Source: Dudresnaya verticillata
Taxonomy: Eukaryota
Reading direction: 5' to 3'
DNA length: 64,000 nucleotides
NCBI GenBank assembly: GCA_977862235.1
Contig: OZ374565.1
Span: forward strand, 2,356,001-2,420,000
Positions 56,847 to 64,000 of the stretch are shown one piece after another (within the stretch, counting starts at the first letter, position 1; each line of letters starts with the position of its first letter). The translations under genes were made by a program, and so were the position numbers. The notes beneath the pieces were generated by a model, which had not been told where the DNA came from, did not search any database, and was given only the letters and a program-made list of their open reading frames with translations.

Positions 56847-57935
56847 TTTTATTTTTTTGCACCTCATTCCTTCCTCCCCGCCGCCCTCTGCGTACATTGC
56901 TGCCTTGCATACCTCTCCCACAGAATCCCCGACCCACTGCCTCTGTACAGCGTATTCTTTTCACTCGCACTTTTCCCCTTTTCTTGTAAGTGGGAGGGAG
57001 TCTGAGAGTGTTTGCAGGTGTCTAGGGGTTGTTTAGGGTTAGGTCTAGGGTTAGTTTGGTTACTGTGGTACGCGAGGGGCATGATATTGGGAGGGTAAAG
57101 GGTCTAGTGTTGGTGCATGGAATGAATCATGGTGGTGGAAGGAATGGATCAGTGTGGTGGATGAATTGGATTTAGGGACATAGAATTGGATTAGATTTAG
57201 TACCCAGAAGATTGGATCAAGGATCACCACAATCGGATCAAGTCTGGTGGCTGGGGTGAGGGTGGCTTGGACGTTTGTGCTCATAACTTTGGAACGGCTG
57301 GGGCTAGGGAGCTGCTCAGTAGCTGAATCGAAGCGTCTCGTTGCTGCGCATTGCGTAGCGCTCTTACCCTCCTAAATCGACTTTTTGGCGCGTTTCTATG
57401 GTGCAAAACGTCCCCACGGGCCGTCGGCAGCTTTTGAGCAGATCAAATAGGGGTTTGGGGCATGTATGGTTATGGGTGGGTTTAGGGGTGTTAGGGATGT
57501 GTCATTTTAACGCGTTTAGGAGTGTAGGGAGTGGGAATGAAAGTAGTAAGGATGAGGAAATGGAAAGGGAAGGATGAGAAAGTATAGTACAATGCAGTAA
57601 TACAAATCACGGAATGCATCAGGTTGGGATCCAATAAGGGTGGATGGATTGGATCAACGGAAGTCAAGGCGTTATAGGATTGGATCTAGGGGCTCTGTAA
57701 ATTAGATTGGGTGCTGGTTTCATTGAACCAAGGGGTCAGAACGTCCATGAGCTGGTTGACTGTATTTATATTGAATCCTGCGTTTAGAGTAAATGGTATA
57801 CGGTTATGGGTCATTACTTTAATGCTCCACGTGTACACTACAGTCGGATGGACATTGGACGCAGGAGTCTTTAGTCGATGACGGGGAGTGCAGTTGATGG
57901 CGCATTTAAATAGGGGTACGGCGGGAACAGCAAGC

Positions 57936-58055
57936 ACATTCGGCCATACTACGCAGACATGCTCCGTATCCCATCCCGAACTGCGAAGATAAGTCTCGTC
58001 AGGCTGGTTTAGTACTGAGGTGAGGGATCACTCTGGAATCGCCAGTGCCGAATGT
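57936..58055 (+). rRNA. 5S rRNA
   Basis: Copy of 4086-4205. Confidence 0.97.
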
Positions 58056-59144
58056 TTTTATTTTTTTGCACCTCATTCCTTCCTCCCCGCCGCCCTCTGC
58101 GTACATTGCTGCCTTGCATACCTCTCCCACAGAATCCCCGACCCACTGCCTCTGTACAGCGTATTCTTTTCACTCGCACTTTTCCCCTTTTCTTGTAAGT
58201 GGGAGGGAGTCTGAGAGTGTTTGCAGGTGTCTAGGGGTTGTTTAGGGTTAGGTCTAGGGTTAGTTTGGTTACTGTGGTACGCGAGGGGCATGATATTGGG
58301 AGGGTAAAGGGTCTAGTGTTGGTGCATGGAATGAATCATGGTGGTGGAAGGAATGGATCAGTGTGGTGGATGAATTGGATTTAGGGACATAGAATTGGAT
58401 TAGATTTAGTACCCAGAAGATTGGATCAAGGATCACCACAATCGGATCAAGTCTGGTGGCTGGGGTGAGGGTGGCTTGGACGTTTGTGCTCATAACTTTG
58501 GAACGGCTGGGGCTAGGGAGCTGCTCAGTAGCTGAATCGAAGCGTCTCGTTGCTGCGCATTGCGTAGCGCTCTTACCCTCCTAAATCGACTTTTTGGCGC
58601 GTTTCTATGGTGCAAAACGTCCCCACGGGCCGTCGGCAGCTTTTGAGCAGATCAAATAGGGGTTTGGGGCATGTATGGTTATGGGTGGGTTTAGGGGTGT
58701 TAGGGATGTGTCATTTTAACGCGTTTAGGAGTGTAGGGAGTGGGAATGAAAGTAGTAAGGATGAGGAAATGGAAAGGGAAGGATGAGAAAGTATAGTACA
58801 ATGCAGTAATACAAATCACGGAATGCATCAGGTTGGGATCCAATAAGGGTGGATGGATTGGATCAACGGAAGTCAAGGCGTTATAGGATTGGATCTAGGG
58901 GCTCTGTAAATTAGATTGGGTGCTGGTTTCATTGAACCAAGGGGTCAGAACGTCCATGAGCTGGTTGACTGTATTTATATTGAATCCTGCGTTTAGAGTA
59001 AATGGTATACGGTTATGGGTCATTACTTTAATGCTCCACGTGTACACTACAGTCGGATGGACATTGGACGCAGGAGTCTTTAGTCGATGACGGGGAGTGC
59101 AGTTGATGGCGCATTTAAATAGGGGTACGGCGGGAACAGCAAGC

Positions 59145-59264
59145 ACATTCGGCCATACTACGCAGACATGCTCCGTATCCCATCCCGAACTGCGAAGATA
59201 AGTCTCGTCAGGCTGGTTTAGTACTGAGGTGAGGGATCACTCTGGAATCGCCAGTGCCGAATGT
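59145..59264 (+). rRNA. 5S rRNA
   Basis: Copy of 4086-4205. Confidence 0.97.
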
Positions 59265-60353
59265 TTTTATTTTTTTGCACCTCATTCCTTCCTCCCCGCC
59301 GCCCTCTGCGTACATTGCTGCCTTGCATACCTCTCCCACAGAATCCCCGACCCACTGCCTCTGTACAGCGTATTCTTTTCACTCGCACTTTTCCCCTTTT
59401 CTTGTAAGTGGGAGGGAGTCTGAGAGTGTTTGCAGGTGTCTAGGGGTTGTTTAGGGTTAGGTCTAGGGTTAGTTTGGTTACTGTGGTACGCGAGGGGCAT
59501 GATATTGGGAGGGTAAAGGGTCTAGTGTTGGTGCATGGAATGAATCATGGTGGTGGAAGGAATGGATCAGTGTGGTGGATGAATTGGATTTAGGGACATA
59601 GAATTGGATTAGATTTAGTACCCAGAAGATTGGATCAAGGATCACCACAATCGGATCAAGTCTGGTGGCTGGGGTGAGGGTGGCTTGGACGTTTGTGCTC
59701 ATAACTTTGGAACGGCTGGGGCTAGGGAGCTGCTCAGTAGCTGAATCGAAGCGTCTCGTTGCTGCGCATTGCGTAGCGCTCTTACCCTCCTAAATCGACT
59801 TTTTGGCGCGTTTCTATGGTGCAAAACGTCCCCACGGGCCGTCGGCAGCTTTTGAGCAGATCAAATAGGGGTTTGGGGCATGTATGGTTATGGGTGGGTT
59901 TAGGGGTGTTAGGGATGTGTCATTTTAACGCGTTTAGGAGTGTAGGGAGTGGGAATGAAAGTAGTAAGGATGAGGAAATGGAAAGGGAAGGATGAGAAAG
60001 TATAGTACAATGCAGTAATACAAATCACGGAATGCATCAGGTTGGGATCCAATAAGGGTGGATGGATTGGATCAACGGAAGTCAAGGCGTTATAGGATTG
60101 GATCTAGGGGCTCTGTAAATTAGATTGGGTGCTGGTTTCATTGAACCAAGGGGTCAGAACGTCCATGAGCTGGTTGACTGTATTTATATTGAATCCTGCG
60201 TTTAGAGTAAATGGTATACGGTTATGGGTCATTACTTTAATGCTCCACGTGTACACTACAGTCGGATGGACATTGGACGCAGGAGTCTTTAGTCGATGAC
60301 GGGGAGTGCAGTTGATGGCGCATTTAAATAGGGGTACGGCGGGAACAGCAAGC

Positions 60354-60473
60354 ACATTCGGCCATACTACGCAGACATGCTCCGTATCCCATCCCGAACT
60401 GCGAAGATAAGTCTCGTCAGGCTGGTTTAGTACTGAGGTGAGGGATCACTCTGGAATCGCCAGTGCCGAATGT
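60354..60473 (+). rRNA. 5S rRNA
   Basis: Copy of 4086-4205. Confidence 0.97.
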
Positions 60474-61562
60474 TTTTATTTTTTTGCACCTCATTCCTTC
60501 CTCCCCGCCGCCCTCTGCGTACATTGCTGCCTTGCATACCTCTCCCACAGAATCCCCGACCCACTGCCTCTGTACAGCGTATTCTTTTCACTCGCACTTT
60601 TCCCCTTTTCTTGTAAGTGGGAGGGAGTCTGAGAGTGTTTGCAGGTGTCTAGGGGTTGTTTAGGGTTAGGTCTAGGGTTAGTTTGGTTACTGTGGTACGC
60701 GAGGGGCATGATATTGGGAGGGTAAAGGGTCTAGTGTTGGTGCATGGAATGAATCATGGTGGTGGAAGGAATGGATCAGTGTGGTGGATGAATTGGATTT
60801 AGGGACATAGAATTGGATTAGATTTAGTACCCAGAAGATTGGATCAAGGATCACCACAATCGGATCAAGTCTGGTGGCTGGGGTGAGGGTGGCTTGGACG
60901 TTTGTGCTCATAACTTTGGAACGGCTGGGGCTAGGGAGCTGCTCAGTAGCTGAATCGAAGCGTCTCGTTGCTGCGCATTGCGTAGCGCTCTTACCCTCCT
61001 AAATCGACTTTTTGGCGCGTTTCTATGGTGCAAAACGTCCCCACGGGCCGTCGGCAGCTTTTGAGCAGATCAAATAGGGGTTTGGGGCATGTATGGTTAT
61101 GGGTGGGTTTAGGGGTGTTAGGGATGTGTCATTTTAACGCGTTTAGGAGTGTAGGGAGTGGGAATGAAAGTAGTAAGGATGAGGAAATGGAAAGGGAAGG
61201 ATGAGAAAGTATAGTACAATGCAGTAATACAAATCACGGAATGCATCAGGTTGGGATCCAATAAGGGTGGATGGATTGGATCAACGGAAGTCAAGGCGTT
61301 ATAGGATTGGATCTAGGGGCTCTGTAAATTAGATTGGGTGCTGGTTTCATTGAACCAAGGGGTCAGAACGTCCATGAGCTGGTTGACTGTATTTATATTG
61401 AATCCTGCGTTTAGAGTAAATGGTATACGGTTATGGGTCATTACTTTAATGCTCCACGTGTACACTACAGTCGGATGGACATTGGACGCAGGAGTCTTTA
61501 GTCGATGACGGGGAGTGCAGTTGATGGCGCATTTAAATAGGGGTACGGCGGGAACAGCAAGC

Positions 61563-61682
61563 ACATTCGGCCATACTACGCAGACATGCTCCGTATCCCA
61601 TCCCGAACTGCGAAGATAAGTCTCGTCAGGCTGGTTTAGTACTGAGGTGAGGGATCACTCTGGAATCGCCAGTGCCGAATGT
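61563..61682 (+). rRNA. 5S rRNA
   Basis: Copy of 4086-4205. Confidence 0.97.
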
Positions 61683-62771
61683 TTTTATTTTTTTGCACCT
61701 CATTCCTTCCTCCCCGCCGCCCTCTGCGTACATTGCTGCCTTGCATACCTCTCCCACAGAATCCCCGACCCACTGCCTCTGTACAGCGTATTCTTTTCAC
61801 TCGCACTTTTCCCCTTTTCTTGTAAGTGGGAGGGAGTCTGAGAGTGTTTGCAGGTGTCTAGGGGTTGTTTAGGGTTAGGTCTAGGGTTAGTTTGGTTACT
61901 GTGGTACGCGAGGGGCATGATATTGGGAGGGTAAAGGGTCTAGTGTTGGTGCATGGAATGAATCATGGTGGTGGAAGGAATGGATCAGTGTGGTGGATGA
62001 ATTGGATTTAGGGACATAGAATTGGATTAGATTTAGTACCCAGAAGATTGGATCAAGGATCACCACAATCGGATCAAGTCTGGTGGCTGGGGTGAGGGTG
62101 GCTTGGACGTTTGTGCTCATAACTTTGGAACGGCTGGGGCTAGGGAGCTGCTCAGTAGCTGAATCGAAGCGTCTCGTTGCTGCGCATTGCGTAGCGCTCT
62201 TACCCTCCTAAATCGACTTTTTGGCGCGTTTCTATGGTGCAAAACGTCCCCACGGGCCGTCGGCAGCTTTTGAGCAGATCAAATAGGGGTTTGGGGCATG
62301 TATGGTTATGGGTGGGTTTAGGGGTGTTAGGGATGTGTCATTTTAACGCGTTTAGGAGTGTAGGGAGTGGGAATGAAAGTAGTAAGGATGAGGAAATGGA
62401 AAGGGAAGGATGAGAAAGTATAGTACAATGCAGTAATACAAATCACGGAATGCATCAGGTTGGGATCCAATAAGGGTGGATGGATTGGATCAACGGAAGT
62501 CAAGGCGTTATAGGATTGGATCTAGGGGCTCTGTAAATTAGATTGGGTGCTGGTTTCATTGAACCAAGGGGTCAGAACGTCCATGAGCTGGTTGACTGTA
62601 TTTATATTGAATCCTGCGTTTAGAGTAAATGGTATACGGTTATGGGTCATTACTTTAATGCTCCACGTGTACACTACAGTCGGATGGACATTGGACGCAG
62701 GAGTCTTTAGTCGATGACGGGGAGTGCAGTTGATGGCGCATTTAAATAGGGGTACGGCGGGAACAGCAAGC

Positions 62772-62891
62772 ACATTCGGCCATACTACGCAGACATGCTC
62801 CGTATCCCATCCCGAACTGCGAAGATAAGTCTCGTCAGGCTGGTTTAGTACTGAGGTGAGGGATCACTCTGGAATCGCCAGTGCCGAATGT
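62772..62891 (+). rRNA. 5S rRNA
   Basis: Copy of 4086-4205. Confidence 0.97.
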
Positions 62892-63980
62892 TTTTATTTT
62901 TTTGCACCTCATTCCTTCCTCCCCGCCGCCCTCTGCGTACATTGCTGCCTTGCATACCTCTCCCACAGAATCCCCGACCCACTGCCTCTGTACAGCGTAT
63001 TCTTTTCACTCGCACTTTTCCCCTTTTCTTGTAAGTGGGAGGGAGTCTGAGAGTGTTTGCAGGTGTCTAGGGGTTGTTTAGGGTTAGGTCTAGGGTTAGT
63101 TTGGTTACTGTGGTACGCGAGGGGCATGATATTGGGAGGGTAAAGGGTCTAGTGTTGGTGCATGGAATGAATCATGGTGGTGGAAGGAATGGATCAGTGT
63201 GGTGGATGAATTGGATTTAGGGACATAGAATTGGATTAGATTTAGTACCCAGAAGATTGGATCAAGGATCACCACAATCGGATCAAGTCTGGTGGCTGGG
63301 GTGAGGGTGGCTTGGACGTTTGTGCTCATAACTTTGGAACGGCTGGGGCTAGGGAGCTGCTCAGTAGCTGAATCGAAGCGTCTCGTTGCTGCGCATTGCG
63401 TAGCGCTCTTACCCTCCTAAATCGACTTTTTGGCGCGTTTCTATGGTGCAAAACGTCCCCACGGGCCGTCGGCAGCTTTTGAGCAGATCAAATAGGGGTT
63501 TGGGGCATGTATGGTTATGGGTGGGTTTAGGGGTGTTAGGGATGTGTCATTTTAACGCGTTTAGGAGTGTAGGGAGTGGGAATGAAAGTAGTAAGGATGA
63601 GGAAATGGAAAGGGAAGGATGAGAAAGTATAGTACAATGCAGTAATACAAATCACGGAATGCATCAGGTTGGGATCCAATAAGGGTGGATGGATTGGATC
63701 AACGGAAGTCAAGGCGTTATAGGATTGGATCTAGGGGCTCTGTAAATTAGATTGGGTGCTGGTTTCATTGAACCAAGGGGTCAGAACGTCCATGAGCTGG
63801 TTGACTGTATTTATATTGAATCCTGCGTTTAGAGTAAATGGTATACGGTTATGGGTCATTACTTTAATGCTCCACGTGTACACTACAGTCGGATGGACAT
63901 TGGACGCAGGAGTCTTTAGTCGATGACGGGGAGTGCAGTTGATGGCGCATTTAAATAGGGGTACGGCGGGAACAGCAAGC

Positions 63981-64000
63981 ACATTCGGCCATACTACGCA
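63981..64000 (+). rRNA. 5S rRNA, first 20 nt (cut by window end)
   Basis: acattcggccatactacgca in register with the 1209-bp period. Confidence 0.85.

Larger units (their letters stand above)
48339..64000 (+). repeat. 5S rDNA tandem array block D: 12 intact genes, continues past the window end
   Basis: 1209-bp periodicity (ORF track 49557 ... 62856). Confidence 0.98.

Noticed and set aside
2961..63982. Five short ORFs (64-83 aa) repeated in every 1209-bp unit
   Set aside because: They overlap the 5S gene and low-complexity spacer and have no recognisable domains. Their identity across units only reflects the tandem repeat.
2956..64000. CRISPR array or other repeat-spacer system
   Set aside because: The spacers are ~1.09 kb and identical rather than unique, the repeat is a eukaryotic 5S gene, and there are no cas genes.

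Overview
Eukaryotic 5S rDNA locus. Most of the window is a head-to-tail array of an apparently invariant 1209-bp unit: a 120-nt 5S rRNA gene on the + strand, an oligo-T Pol III terminator and a ~1.09-kb spacer ending in a TATA-like box at about -30. There are 35 intact genes plus one cut by the window end. The array is interrupted four times by a ~4.6-kb non-LTR retrotransposon: one copy runs off the left edge, and three are complete with an intact 1162-aa ORF. The ORF encodes N-terminal zinc fingers, a reverse transcriptase (YLDD), a CCHC knuckle and a restriction-like endonuclease, and its motifs resemble the CRE clade of the R2/RLE group. All copies lie antisense to the 5S gene. The three visible 3' junctions fall after 5S nt 89, inside box C of the internal promoter, while the 5' junctions vary, with 9-14 bp target duplications. 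The best candidate for a new system is therefore a 5S-rDNA-specific RLE retrotransposon. Its 5' UTR carries exact copies of the host 5S box A (10/10 nt) and box C/insertion-site (14/14 nt) sequences at the same 32-bp spacing as in the gene, i.e. a mimic of its own target's promoter. From memory the 5S sequence resembles red-algal 5S rRNAs; this is unverified. All other ORFs in the track look spurious.
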